A stretch of DNA of 64,000 bases, from the NCBI GenBank assembly GCA_044376225.1, contig JBILLF010000004.1:1694-65693 (forward strand), given 5' to 3'. Within the stretch, counting starts at the first letter, position 1. Every line of letters starts with the position of its first letter. This DNA is from Patescibacteria group bacterium. GTDB lineage: Bacteria > Bacteroidota > Ignavibacteria > Kapaibacteriales > Kapaibacteriaceae. The translations under genes were made by a program, and so were the position numbers. Below, piece by piece: positions 18,457-28,287 of this stretch. The notes under the pieces were generated by a model, which worked only from the letters and a program-made list of their open reading frames with translations, had not been told where the DNA came from and searched no databases.

Positions 18457-21400
18457 TGTTCAACCCGCAGCAGATAGCCGCTCTGGACCGGCATGTTCAC
18501 TGCGCTGTGGTTGCTAATGCCGGCTCGGGCAAGACCTCGGTCCTGGTGGAACGCTTTTTGCGCATTCTGCTGCTCGAGGCGGTGCGGCTTGATCAGGTGG
18601 TGGCCATTACGTTTACCCGCGCGGCGGCCGCGGAAATGCGTCAGCGCCTGCATGAACAGATCCATACGCTGTTGTCGAAACCAGATAAACAAGCCCAGTA
18701 TCTGGAGCAAGTGTCAGCGGAGGTGCTCGAATCACGACTGCGCTCTCTCTCCGTACAGATCGGCTCGGCACGCATCAGTACGTTCCATAGTTTCTGTGCC
18801 GGCCTGGTGCGGCAGTATGCCGACGTCGTAGGACGATCATCGGATGTGCGCGACGCCGATGCCCGCCTCACCGAAGAGCTCTGCACCGAAGCAGTCGATA
18901 CAGCGATCAGGGGACTCCTGGGACCGGAGAACATAAACGACCCCGATCTGCAGGAGTTGTTTGATGTGATGACGCCCGCCTCGGTGCAGGACTTCGTGGC
19001 ACGTCTAACGCGCAACTCTGCGCGGCGTCGTGAATTCGTCTCGGCTTGTTCAATACCGATCCACGAGATGCTCCGTCAGCGTCAGGATGCCGCTCTTCCA
19101 CTCCAGATTGAGGTGGCCGCCGATTGTTCTCGCCGACTAGCAGCTCATGTACGCCCCTTTGCCATTTCGGTGCCCGTCCTTGCAGGATTGATTAGTGTAC
19201 TTGAATCGCTCTCTGAGCGACTGAACGAGGGAGATGCGACTGCCCTTGTCGAGTTATCTCAGTGTACGGCAGAGTGGTTCACCACAAAGCGGGAAATCCG
19301 GCAGAAGATGATCCCCTCCTCTTCCAAGGGTTGTGCACTGCCCGGCCCCTTTCCATCGGACCTCATTGGTGGACTCCAGATGATGGCTGCCGTCTGGGAT
19401 TCCGAGGTCGAGGATCGTCAGTTCCGCGTGGCCCGTGCTCTTGCGCGACTTGCCGATGCCGCCGCCTCTGCGTATGCGGCGTTAAAGCGGCAGCGCAATG
19501 TGATCGACTTTGACGACATGATCGATGATGCCATGCGTCTGCTCGCCCACGACGAGGTGGCCGATTCGATTCGCCGGTCCATCTCCTACGTGATGATCGA
19601 TGAGTTTCAGGACACTGACCCGACGCAGTATGCTCTGCTCGAGCATCTGGTGCCGGCACTCACCGGTGGTGGTCGCTCGGGTCCAAATGTCTATGTGGTC
19701 GGCGATGACAAGCAGAGCATCTATGGCTTCCGAGATGCGGACGTGCGTCTTTTCCGTCGTGCTCGACGAGCTATCCGGCGGGCCAATGAGAGTGGATCGC
19801 CTGAAGACACCGGCATACGCCCCCTGTCTGTATCCTACCGAATGCATCAGAGTCTTGTCGAGCAGGTCAACACCATCTGCCGCAGCGCATTCTCCAGCGC
19901 TGCCGCTCCAGATGATGCCGACGAGGTATCCTACGACGTGGCCTATCTGGATCTTGAAGCAGGGATAATCAGGGATCCGTCGCAAACCCTGTCCTCAGTT
20001 CGACTTGTAGAGGTCGATGGAGATGCACTCAAGGGGCCGGCAGAGTTCGAAGCTGTTGCCATGCAGATCTCATCGATGCTGCGAGGATCAGACCCCGCCA
20101 TGGTCTTCGATCCGGAAACGGCCGAACGTGCGCCCCGGCCCGGAGACGTGGCGGTGCTCGTGCCCCGCAATGCTGACAAAGCCGCCATGGCCGATGAGTT
20201 GCGCCGCCTCGGGATCCCCTTCAAAGTCTATGGCGGACGCGCATTCTATTCGCGTCCGGAGGTAGCTGACGTGCGGGCTGCTCTGACGGCCGCGGTGGAC
20301 CCGTTGAATGACCTGGCTACGGCCGTTGCTATGCGCTCACCTCTCTTGCGCTGCCGCGATGAGGACATTGTAGCGGCATCACTTCTACGAAGGGCATCCA
20401 GTCTGCAGGATGGACTCCAGACCCTGGCAACATCTGACCATGCCTCAGCAGATGTCATTGCGGCCAGCGCATTCTTTGATCGGTTGCGATCGATGCTCAG
20501 TCTGCATCCCGTCAGCCGTGTTATCGAACCGATGTTGGAGCTCTGTGGCTGGTACGACGCCGTCCGCCACGAACCACGAGCCGAGCAGATGATGGCGAAC
20601 ATCGAAAAGCTGATCTCAATCTGTGCTGACTTCGAGCAGGCACATTCGGCGTCGATCGCCGATGTCCTTGACAACCTCAGTGAACCCGATGAGGATCTCG
20701 AGTCTGAAGAAGTGGTACTACGTGATGACGATGCCGTCCACATTATGACCATCCACGGATCAAAGGGCTTGGAGTTTCCGATCGTAGCTCTGGCCGGACT
20801 CAAGAACGCGATCCGGATTCCTTCGGTGCTCATGACGCGTCAGCTTGGGCCGACTATTGGGATGCCCGATCAACGCGTTGACCCGGTCCATGTGCTCACG
20901 AAGGTCGATCAGCCCCTTGTGCTGTCTCATGCCCTGAATAGCTTCATCATCCGACGTCGGGAGGAGGCACAGAACCGCCGCCTGCTCTATGTGGCCCTGA
21001 CGCGTGCAAAGGCGCACCTGGTGCTGGCGGTTCCAACCCCCGAAACGGTATCGAAGGCAACCGGACTGCTGCAGATCCTTGTGGATGCTATCGATCACAC
21101 TGACCTGCGGCGCACCTGTGCTGTGCCTCGACAAGAGGCGGCCGAGAGCGCAATCAACGTTGTCAGCAAAACAAGCCCCTTGCCAACTCCGAATCATCAT
21201 CCGATCATTGCGCCCCCTGCTGATTTTGTCACCGCCAGCGCGCTCTACCGACGTCGTAACGGTGGAAGCTTTACATCCGCGAAGCGGCGCAGAGGAGCCT
21301 CCGAAACGTCATCCAGTGCCTACGGTTCGGCCGTGCACGCTGCCCTGGCTGCGGCGATCCGAGATGGATACGAACCCGGCAGCGACGAGTTGACGCGCTG

Positions 21401-21848
21401 CATCGTGGACGTGCTGGCAGGGTGTGAACTTGATCGACGCCAGGCCCTGCGCGCTCACGACGAAGTGCTGGCCGTACTCTCCCATGACACCGTAAGGCCG
21501 CGCCGTGATGAGCTCGCCAGCGGTGTTGTGGAAGGCACGCTTCATGCCCTACATGGCAGTACAGTCATCGAAGGCATTCTTGACGTTCGTCTTGCCGCCA
21601 TGGATGGAGTCGTCGAGATCTGGGACTGGAAAACCAATGCCATCCGGACTGTGCAACAGGTTGTGGACCTGGGTGAAAACTATGCCACCCAGATGCAGAC
21701 CTACGCATGGCTCTGTGCGCAAGCCATTCCGGACTGCCGTCAGATCACAACACGATTGATCTTCACGAAGGCTCTGCTTGCAGACTTACCAACATCCCAA
21801 GTTGTGCTTACGTGGGACGCAGCCAGCGTTACGCTGCCCGAGTTTTGA
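18456..21848 (+). CDS. UvrD/Rep-family helicase fused to RecB-type PD-(D/E)xK nuclease (AddA-like)
   Basis: The ATG at 18456 overlaps the peptidase stop by 1 nt. Helicase motifs: ANAGSGKTS (I), MIDEFQDT (II), VGDDKQSIYGFRDA (III), YVALTRAK (VI). The C-terminal nuclease has GSAVHAAL, ILDVRL, EIWDWKT and QMQTYAW. Confidence 0.85.
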   Translation: MFNPQQIAALDRHVHCAVVANAGSGKTSVLVERFLRILLLEAVRLDQVVAITFTRAAAAEMRQRLHEQIHTLLSKPDKQAQYLEQVSAEVLESRLRSLSVQIGSARISTFHSFCAGLVRQYADVVGRSSDVRDADARLTEELCTEAVDTAIRGLLGPENINDPDLQELFDVMTPASVQDFVARLTRNSARRREFVSACSIPIHEMLRQRQDAALPLQIEVAADCSRRLAAHVRPFAISVPVLAGLISVLESLSERLNEGDATALVELSQCTAEWFTTKREIRQKMIPSSSKGCALPGPFPSDLIGGLQMMAAVWDSEVEDRQFRVARALARLADAAASAYAALKRQRNVIDFDDMIDDAMRLLAHDEVADSIRRSISYVMIDEFQDTDPTQYALLEHLVPALTGGGRSGPNVYVVGDDKQSIYGFRDADVRLFRRARRAIRRANESGSPEDTGIRPLSVSYRMHQSLVEQVNTICRSAFSSAAAPDDADEVSYDVAYLDLEAGIIRDPSQTLSSVRLVEVDGDALKGPAEFEAVAMQISSMLRGSDPAMVFDPETAERAPRPGDVAVLVPRNADKAAMADELRRLGIPFKVYGGRAFYSRPEVADVRAALTAAVDPLNDLATAVAMRSPLLRCRDEDIVAASLLRRASSLQDGLQTLATSDHASADVIAASAFFDRLRSMLSLHPVSRVIEPMLELCGWYDAVRHEPRAEQMMANIEKLISICADFEQAHSASIADVLDNLSEPDEDLESEEVVLRDDDAVHIMTIHGSKGLEFPIVALAGLKNAIRIPSVLMTRQLGPTIGMPDQRVDPVHVLTKVDQPLVLSHALNSFIIRRREEAQNRRLLYVALTRAKAHLVLAVPTPETVSKATGLLQILVDAIDHTDLRRTCAVPRQEAAESAINVVSKTSPLPTPNHHPIIAPPADFVTASALYRRRNGGSFTSAKRRRGASETSSSAYGSAVHAALAAAIRDGYEPGSDELTRCIVDVLAGCELDRRQALRAHDEVLAVLSHDTVRPRRDELASGVVEGTLHALHGSTVIEGILDVRLAAMDGVVEIWDWKTNAIRTVQQVVDLGENYATQMQTYAWLCAQAIPDCRQITTRLIFTKALLADLPTSQVVLTWDAASVTLPEF

Positions 21849-23025
21849 CAATGGACTCGGCTGCAGCAACAGCTGATGACCAGGCCCACTGGAAGTTGTA
21901 GCCCCCCAGCCAGCCGGTCACATCCACGACCTCACCGATAAAGTACAGACCATTGACGATCATACTCTGCATGGTCTTTGACGACAAGCACGATGTACAG
22001 ACGCCCCCCGAGGTAACCTCTGCCTTGGCATAGCCTTCTGTGCCATCGGGCTCCAGATGCCAGTTCTTCATTCCCTTGATCAACGACTCGATCTCTCGTC
22101 GGGACGACACATTCACAGGTCTGTCCAGCAGGGGGCTTTCCCATGCGTCAAGCAGCCGTGAGGGAAGATGGGCCGACAGGACCGTGCGCAGCAGTCGCTT
22201 CTCGGACGGATAGTCGTCAATGGCCGTCTCGGCTGGAACGCCGGGTAACAGATCGACGGAAAAGCCTGATGATCTACGCAGGTAGCTTGAGATCTGCAGA
22301 ATCGCTGGACCGCTCATCCCGCGATGTGTGAAGAGAATGTTCTCTCTGAATTGTGCTTCGTTAGAGCTGACGCTTGCCTCGCAGGAAACCCCTGACAGTG
22401 CACCGAAGTATCGAAGGAATTCTGATGAAAACGTCAGCGGAACAAGCGCTGGTAGAGGAGCAACGATCGGATGATCGAACTGCTGGGCAATGCGATACCC
22501 GAGGTCGGTTGCCCCCAGCGTCGGAATGCTGAGTCCACCGGTAGCCACCACAAGCGCAGCTGCATGGAGAGCATGGCGCACGCCATCATGTTCAACGTCA
22601 ACAGCAAACTCATCGCCCCGTGTGAGCGAGATCATACGGCTTCGGTAGAGGATCTCGACGTTGCCGCGTCTGCACTCGCTCGACAGCATGTCGATGATCT
22701 GTTGAGCGGACCCGTCGCAGAAGAGCTGTCCCAGGGTCTTCTCGTGCCAGGTGATCCCGTGCGCATCGACCATATCGATGAAATCTTGCGGACCATACCT
22801 CGAGAGTGCCGAGCGGGCAAAGTCGGGATTGTTACTCAGGAAATTGGAATGCCGTACCTCCCGGTTGGTAAAGTTGCATCGGCCCCCTCCTGAGATCCGA
22901 ATCTTCTTCCCAGGCCGGTCATTATGCTCGACAACGAGTACATTACAGCCACCCGCAGCCGCGCGGGCAGCACACATGAGTCCGGCTGCACCAGCACCGA
23001 GAATGATCAGGTCGTACGTCGGCAA
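21829..23025 (-). CDS. HI0933/BaiN-like NAD(P)/FAD-dependent oxidoreductase
   Basis: 398 aa. YDLIILGAGAAGLMCA dinucleotide-binding motif followed by KIRISGGGRCNFTN, a hallmark of the HI0933-like family. Its 3' end overlaps the addA-like 3' end by 20 bp (convergent). Confidence 0.88.
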   Translation of the reverse strand: MPTYDLIILGAGAAGLMCAARAAAGGCNVLVVEHNDRPGKKIRISGGGRCNFTNREVRHSNFLSNNPDFARSALSRYGPQDFIDMVDAHGITWHEKTLGQLFCDGSAQQIIDMLSSECRRGNVEILYRSRMISLTRGDEFAVDVEHDGVRHALHAAALVVATGGLSIPTLGATDLGYRIAQQFDHPIVAPLPALVPLTFSSEFLRYFGALSGVSCEASVSSNEAQFRENILFTHRGMSGPAILQISSYLRRSSGFSVDLLPGVPAETAIDDYPSEKRLLRTVLSAHLPSRLLDAWESPLLDRPVNVSSRREIESLIKGMKNWHLEPDGTEGYAKAEVTSGGVCTSCLSSKTMQSMIVNGLYFIGEVVDVTGWLGGYNFQWAWSSAVAAAESIVKTRAA

Positions 23026-23031
23026 AGGGGC

Positions 23032-26000
23032 TTACCGTGCGATCACCAGTGGGATGGATGAGGTAAACACGCCGGCACTGATGCGAAGCATGTACATCCC
23101 CGAGGAAAGCTCAGCCGTATCAAAGCGCAGCGAATACTCGCCCCCTGACAGAGTGACCGATCCGTCGAGCACAGTGCGGACGACTGACCCACGGGCATCA
23201 ACCAGATCAATGAACACGGGCACGGTCTCCTGCATGCGGAAGTTCACAAGCGCTTCATTGACGGCTGGCTGTGGGAAGACCTCCACGCGAGACTTACCGC
23301 CGGGAGCAAACTTCACCACTGTGATATTGCACCTGCCGGCGATCTCCACACCAGAGCTTCCAGGCTTGGGAACGATATCCAGGAACTGCAGCGTATCCGA
23401 TGTGTAGCCGCTCGATCCAGCACTGATGGTCGTTGACGTCAGCTCCGGCGTCATCATCACAAAGCGCAGGTTCACGATTGGACCTGATCGCAATGTATCC
23501 GCACCACGCACAGCAATGTCCACCTGACCAATAGTTGGCGAGATTGTTGTGTTGTTGGGTTTGGCGGCCGACGCCAACCCGATGTACTTCAGGGATCGAG
23601 GTTCATAGACAACGGTCGCATCGAAGTTGAGGCCGTTGAGGAAGTAGGTCACGCCGTTGTACGTGGCCGAAAGATCCTTATCAAGCATCACCGGCACCGT
23701 GATCGTATCACCGATGGCGCCCTTGAATGGCGTCGGGATAAAGAATGTCGATGTCGGGAGCATGGCAACGTCCAGCTCCGGTGCGTAGCCCCAACCACGC
23801 GCACTGGCCGTATCGCGCACGTCGCACGGGTAGCCACTCACAACACGCGGCGTTGCTGTATCGAGTTGTTCGCGGCGTGGACAGTATCGCAACGTAAAGA
23901 CCGCCGAATCACCGGGGGCGATCGAATCGCCAAGGGGCGGCACAGCACTGACGACGGTCGTGTACGCCGGCAGGTCGAGCAACTCAGTGACCGCGTTATA
24001 CACGTCGCCAGTGTTGATCACGGTGATCGAACGGTCAGCACACTCAAGAATGCGCACCGAATCAAACAGTACTGGTCGGGCAACGGCGATATCAGACTTC
24101 AGGGCAATAACTGTTGCCCTATCGCCGGTGGCGATCAGGCGGTAGAGGATCACATCCTCGGTGTCGAAACTAATACTATCAATGGTCAGACGACTGTTAG
24201 CACGGTTGTTACTGATCGTTACAAAGCGCAGCACAGCAAAGGAAGCGGCAGAGTCAACACCGCAGAAGTTCTTCAGCGTGATCTTCTGACCACCATATGG
24301 TGACGGTACTACCGCAAGCGACGGCGTGTACTTCACACTGCCGGTTTGCGATTTGCATTGATTTGCCAGCAATGGAGACGTTACATCAAGCAAGCGCAGC
24401 TGCGTCGAGTCGAAGTCCACTCGCATTCCGATATCAACCACCGAAGCATCGATAGCGATCGAGCTGTGAATGGGTATGGCCAGCGTATCGCAGGAGATCA
24501 TCGCGAAGGTATCTGGGAGGGGGCGATTGAGGTTGAAGGCGAACTGTAGACCCTTTGTCTGCGCATAGCCCAATCCGCGCACGAGAACCGTCGTATCCCA
24601 TCCAGTGCATGGAGTCGAGAACCAGAACTTTAAGCGTGTGCGGTAATCACGGGGTGCTCGCGGTCGCTGGCGCAGCTGCACAATAAGAGAATCGCCGGGC
24701 TTGATGACCTGCGGCCAGGTGATCGGTTGCTCAATTGAAAAAACCCGCTCGTCTGGCAAAAACGTAACCGAATCCACCGTGACGATGTCCTGACTTGGAT
24801 TGAGGCGGTAATCGGGAATCTTGAGAACTACCGAGAGGGCATTCGGACTAAGGACGTCGACAACGCCTGCCGGGAAGGAAACCGAGGTAGGTGCCGGCCG
24901 GAAGGTTAGCGAACGTTTGCCGACCAAGAATGTTTCTAGTGTATTGCTCCACTGCGACCCTGATGCCTGGATGTGAAGTGCCGCCCGACATTCCATCAAA
25001 GCCGCGTCGGCTGGTGTGCGCGGACAGAATGTCAAGACCACGGTATCGCGCTCTCCTGGGGGGACGGTATATGGCAGTGCGCCGTTGGGAGAGAACTTTG
25101 ACTTCCACGAGAAAAACTGCGGTTTCCCTCCGGGCACACCGGCGGAATCGATCCAGAGCCTTTCAACCGACATGTTGAACACCAGTGAGCCATTGAGCAG
25201 CTCGATCGTTCGCTCAACGCATTCGCACGGCCGTACGTATCCAAAGTTCACAAGCGACAACGCGCTTTCGAGCTTGACGATGATGCCGCGACCAGTCAGT
25301 GGACCCGAACCAGTTATCACGCATGGGTCAGACGAATACGCCATGAGGCTCCCCGAGTAGCCCTTGGCGGCATCGGGAGCAAACTCCACCACAACACGGA
25401 TGGAATCCCGCGGCGCAAGTACAAGGGGCACAGGGCGACTTGTCGAGATAATCCGGAAGCCGGGGCTGATCGTGAGTGAATCCACACGCACCGGAAGTGA
25501 CGATGTGTTTTCGACAATCATCGACATGCGGCGAACGTCACCGACTTCGACCGTTCCGAAGGCAGTATTCTGAGAGATAAACAGTTTAGGGGCTACCGAC
25601 GTGGCAATCAGCTGCACCTGCCAATCAGCTCCACCTTCATCTTTGAACTTGATGTAGGCGCGATCGGCGCGGTCCCGAGACGGGTCCGCCGGAGTGTATC
25701 TCGTGCGGAAGCGAATAGACTGCCGGGGCGGAATACTGCGCGTAGTGCCATTGATGGAGGTGGGAGGATCGATGATCGCCAGCCGTCCTCCGGTTTGATC
25801 GTCAAAGAATAGAGATGAGATCTGCCGTGGTGTGTCCGTCATGTTATAGATGAAAACGGAGTCCTCCCGCGACTGACAGGAGATGACATTCTGCGTTTCC
25901 ATGACAAGGGGCTCAAAGCGGAAGATCTCCATTCTGCCTCGCCCCTTGAGATCGATACAGTCTGTAGTGTAGCAGCGTGTCTCGAACAGGCAAAGTCGAT

Positions 26001-28071
26001 CGATGTATGTCAGCGAATCTGTCGGTCGGAACGTAATCGGAATCGTGGTCGAGTCTCCTGGGTTAATGGTTCGGCTTGTGCCACCGAGAAGGGCAAAGGA
26101 CTCACCGCGTTCGACGTAAAGTGCAACTGTTAGGGCGTCGATCTTACTATTGTTTTTTGCCCTGACGCTGATGGTCTTCTGCTGCCCAACGAGGACATCG
26201 CCAAAATCGACGAGTCCGTCGACTGACCACTGGACTTTGTTATCAAGGCCTCGTCCACTGACGTAGATCTTCTTCTCGATCTTACATCCCTGGATCTGCG
26301 TTTTGATGATGATCGAATCAAAGACGAATCCCGGTTGCCGCGGCAGGAAGCGAACGGAATTGAATGGATACCCCGTCTTCGGCAGAAGAGTGAATGGGAA
26401 CCGGATTCGGTAGTGTGTGAAGTCTCTCGGAACGATGATCGTATCGATGGTCAGATTCGAAAGCGTAAGGTTCTGCCAGGTGTAGTTCTGGGGGTCACTC
26501 AGAAGTCCCGGACAGGTCGGACTAAATCGCATGGTGTCGATTCGTCTCGAGCCACCGGTATTCCTGATCGATATCACCTCCTGTGTGCGTCCGATGAGCT
26601 CCACCGTGATCGGCGTCTTCTGACAGACATCATCAGTTACGATCCGCAGCGTGTCCTTGTAATCAGCCGTAGTATCCCGGACGTAGGATCTCACAACCAG
26701 CGTCGTACACTGTCCGGGTTGAAGACGGATTGGGTAGGTCACACCGACAACGGCATACCCCTTTGGCTCATTCGTGTACGTGCGCTGGATCGTTAGAACA
26801 CGAGGTTTGCCAAGTACATCAGACGTATTGCAGAGGATGATGGTCGAATCGAAAGATGTGCGATCAACACACCCCACCCACAGCGTATCGAAGAGAATCC
26901 CACGTCTGTTGAGCCCCGTTTCCGTTATGCGGTTAAGCTCCATCCGGACCTGAATATTCGGCAGTCCGCAGCGGTTGGTAGGTCGGATCTCCAGTGTGTC
27001 AATGAACGTTCCGACCAACGTCCCGCGGAATGTTACGGTCACGGTCTGCGGGATTCCCCCCGTGAGGCTCACGGTCGACGGTGAAATCGTAAAGAGGCTC
27101 GCGTCGGGACCTCGCATAACAAGATTTGCTGAACTTCCGCAGATGGCAGCATCTGTGATCGTGAACTGCCATTGCTTGACGGTGTCGCACAGGATGTCTT
27201 CCTTGACACTTGACGGCGAAACTGACAGCGTTCGAGGAACGGTGCGGTCAGAAGTCTGGTTCGATGCGCCCGAGCGCAGCAGGCCCGTGTGACCATTACC
27301 GGTGGCATCGCAAAGCGTTGCGATATTGTTTCGGGCTTCATTACAGCGCAGATAGGCGCGCAGCCCAGACTCATTACCATTAAGCGACCGGTGCATCTGA
27401 CAGAGAATTGACGTTGAGTCGAGCGCTCTGTCCCAGACGCGGATCTCGTCAACCATCCCCTTCATTGTTCGATAGAGAATCTGATTGTCGGCCACGCCAT
27501 TACACGAGCCGATCAGGAATGGAAGGTCCGGACGGTCAAGGTTCTTGAGATAGCTCGATGGGTACTGGCTGTTGCGAACTGGTCCGACGGCCAGACGCCC
27601 ATCGATGAAGATATAGGCACTCTGCTGTGCACCGTCGAACACTGCCGCGATGTGATGCCAGCCGTTGTAGAGGACAGAAGCGGGAGTGCGGGCAATGGTG
27701 TTGTCGAGACTCTTCAGCTGGCCTGCGTCGCCGTTGATTTCAAACACGAGGTCGTCATCGGCATCGATATACATGACAAAGACATCGTTGAAGTCCGAGT
27801 TCGGCCCCCACAGGCCCCCAATGTACTGACGCTGATTAGCCTGCTTTTCAATCTTGGCCCACAGCTCAAAGGTGATGGCGGTCTGCCGTGATTTCACCGG
27901 ATTACGCTGGAGTTCTACAAAGTGCTGACTCCGGCCGGTGGTCGTCGTGAACTGCACGGCATTGAAAATGCAGTCCTTTCTGGAATCACATGATGCCGGG
28001 AACTGTGCCGACGTCTCAACGACGGCCAGGATCAGCATACTGAGTGTTAGACAGTGTCGCAGTAGCGTCAT
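23032..28071 (-). CDS. Giant secreted surface protein: LamG domain, many ASH/choice-of-anchor-D-like Ig repeats, cohesin-like modules, T9SS C-terminal sorting domain
   Basis: 1679 aa. Signal peptide MTLLRHCLTLSMLILAVVETSAQ. LamG_3 pattern (ITFELWAKI...WHHIAAVFDG...IFIDGRL...MVDEIRVWDRAL). Repeated FG.V.VG...N.S motifs (e.g. VDFGDVLVGQQKTISVRAKNNS, FGTVEVGDVRRMSMIVENTS). The C-terminal ~80 aa (VEVFPQPAVNEALVNFRM...LSSGMYMLRISAG...LVIAR) are a typical T9SS CTD. Confidence 0.85.
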   Translation of the reverse strand: MTLLRHCLTLSMLILAVVETSAQFPASCDSRKDCIFNAVQFTTTTGRSQHFVELQRNPVKSRQTAITFELWAKIEKQANQRQYIGGLWGPNSDFNDVFVMYIDADDDLVFEINGDAGQLKSLDNTIARTPASVLYNGWHHIAAVFDGAQQSAYIFIDGRLAVGPVRNSQYPSSYLKNLDRPDLPFLIGSCNGVADNQILYRTMKGMVDEIRVWDRALDSTSILCQMHRSLNGNESGLRAYLRCNEARNNIATLCDATGNGHTGLLRSGASNQTSDRTVPRTLSVSPSSVKEDILCDTVKQWQFTITDAAICGSSANLVMRGPDASLFTISPSTVSLTGGIPQTVTVTFRGTLVGTFIDTLEIRPTNRCGLPNIQVRMELNRITETGLNRRGILFDTLWVGCVDRTSFDSTIILCNTSDVLGKPRVLTIQRTYTNEPKGYAVVGVTYPIRLQPGQCTTLVVRSYVRDTTADYKDTLRIVTDDVCQKTPITVELIGRTQEVISIRNTGGSRRIDTMRFSPTCPGLLSDPQNYTWQNLTLSNLTIDTIIVPRDFTHYRIRFPFTLLPKTGYPFNSVRFLPRQPGFVFDSIIIKTQIQGCKIEKKIYVSGRGLDNKVQWSVDGLVDFGDVLVGQQKTISVRAKNNSKIDALTVALYVERGESFALLGGTSRTINPGDSTTIPITFRPTDSLTYIDRLCLFETRCYTTDCIDLKGRGRMEIFRFEPLVMETQNVISCQSREDSVFIYNMTDTPRQISSLFFDDQTGGRLAIIDPPTSINGTTRSIPPRQSIRFRTRYTPADPSRDRADRAYIKFKDEGGADWQVQLIATSVAPKLFISQNTAFGTVEVGDVRRMSMIVENTSSLPVRVDSLTISPGFRIISTSRPVPLVLAPRDSIRVVVEFAPDAAKGYSGSLMAYSSDPCVITGSGPLTGRGIIVKLESALSLVNFGYVRPCECVERTIELLNGSLVFNMSVERLWIDSAGVPGGKPQFFSWKSKFSPNGALPYTVPPGERDTVVLTFCPRTPADAALMECRAALHIQASGSQWSNTLETFLVGKRSLTFRPAPTSVSFPAGVVDVLSPNALSVVLKIPDYRLNPSQDIVTVDSVTFLPDERVFSIEQPITWPQVIKPGDSLIVQLRQRPRAPRDYRTRLKFWFSTPCTGWDTTVLVRGLGYAQTKGLQFAFNLNRPLPDTFAMISCDTLAIPIHSSIAIDASVVDIGMRVDFDSTQLRLLDVTSPLLANQCKSQTGSVKYTPSLAVVPSPYGGQKITLKNFCGVDSAASFAVLRFVTISNNRANSRLTIDSISFDTEDVILYRLIATGDRATVIALKSDIAVARPVLFDSVRILECADRSITVINTGDVYNAVTELLDLPAYTTVVSAVPPLGDSIAPGDSAVFTLRYCPRREQLDTATPRVVSGYPCDVRDTASARGWGYAPELDVAMLPTSTFFIPTPFKGAIGDTITVPVMLDKDLSATYNGVTYFLNGLNFDATVVYEPRSLKYIGLASAAKPNNTTISPTIGQVDIAVRGADTLRSGPIVNLRFVMMTPELTSTTISAGSSGYTSDTLQFLDIVPKPGSSGVEIAGRCNITVVKFAPGGKSRVEVFPQPAVNEALVNFRMQETVPVFIDLVDARGSVVRTVLDGSVTLSGGEYSLRFDTAELSSGMYMLRISAGVFTSSIPLVIAR

Positions 28072-28287
28072 ACCACTTTTCCATCGGCAAATGTTCAGGC
28101 AGGGCTGTGGGCGAAAGTCATCTGCAGGCGAACCCTGCGGGATCGATCAGATGCCCCCCTCGCGCGTGCGAAAGATACGGCATGGAAGGTGTTTCATGAA
28201 CGACCTCAAGGTCGTAACTTTTCCGCAGTCCGGATGCCCTTTACACATTCGGGGACCGTATCGCTCTCACATCTCCACTGTAGGCCT

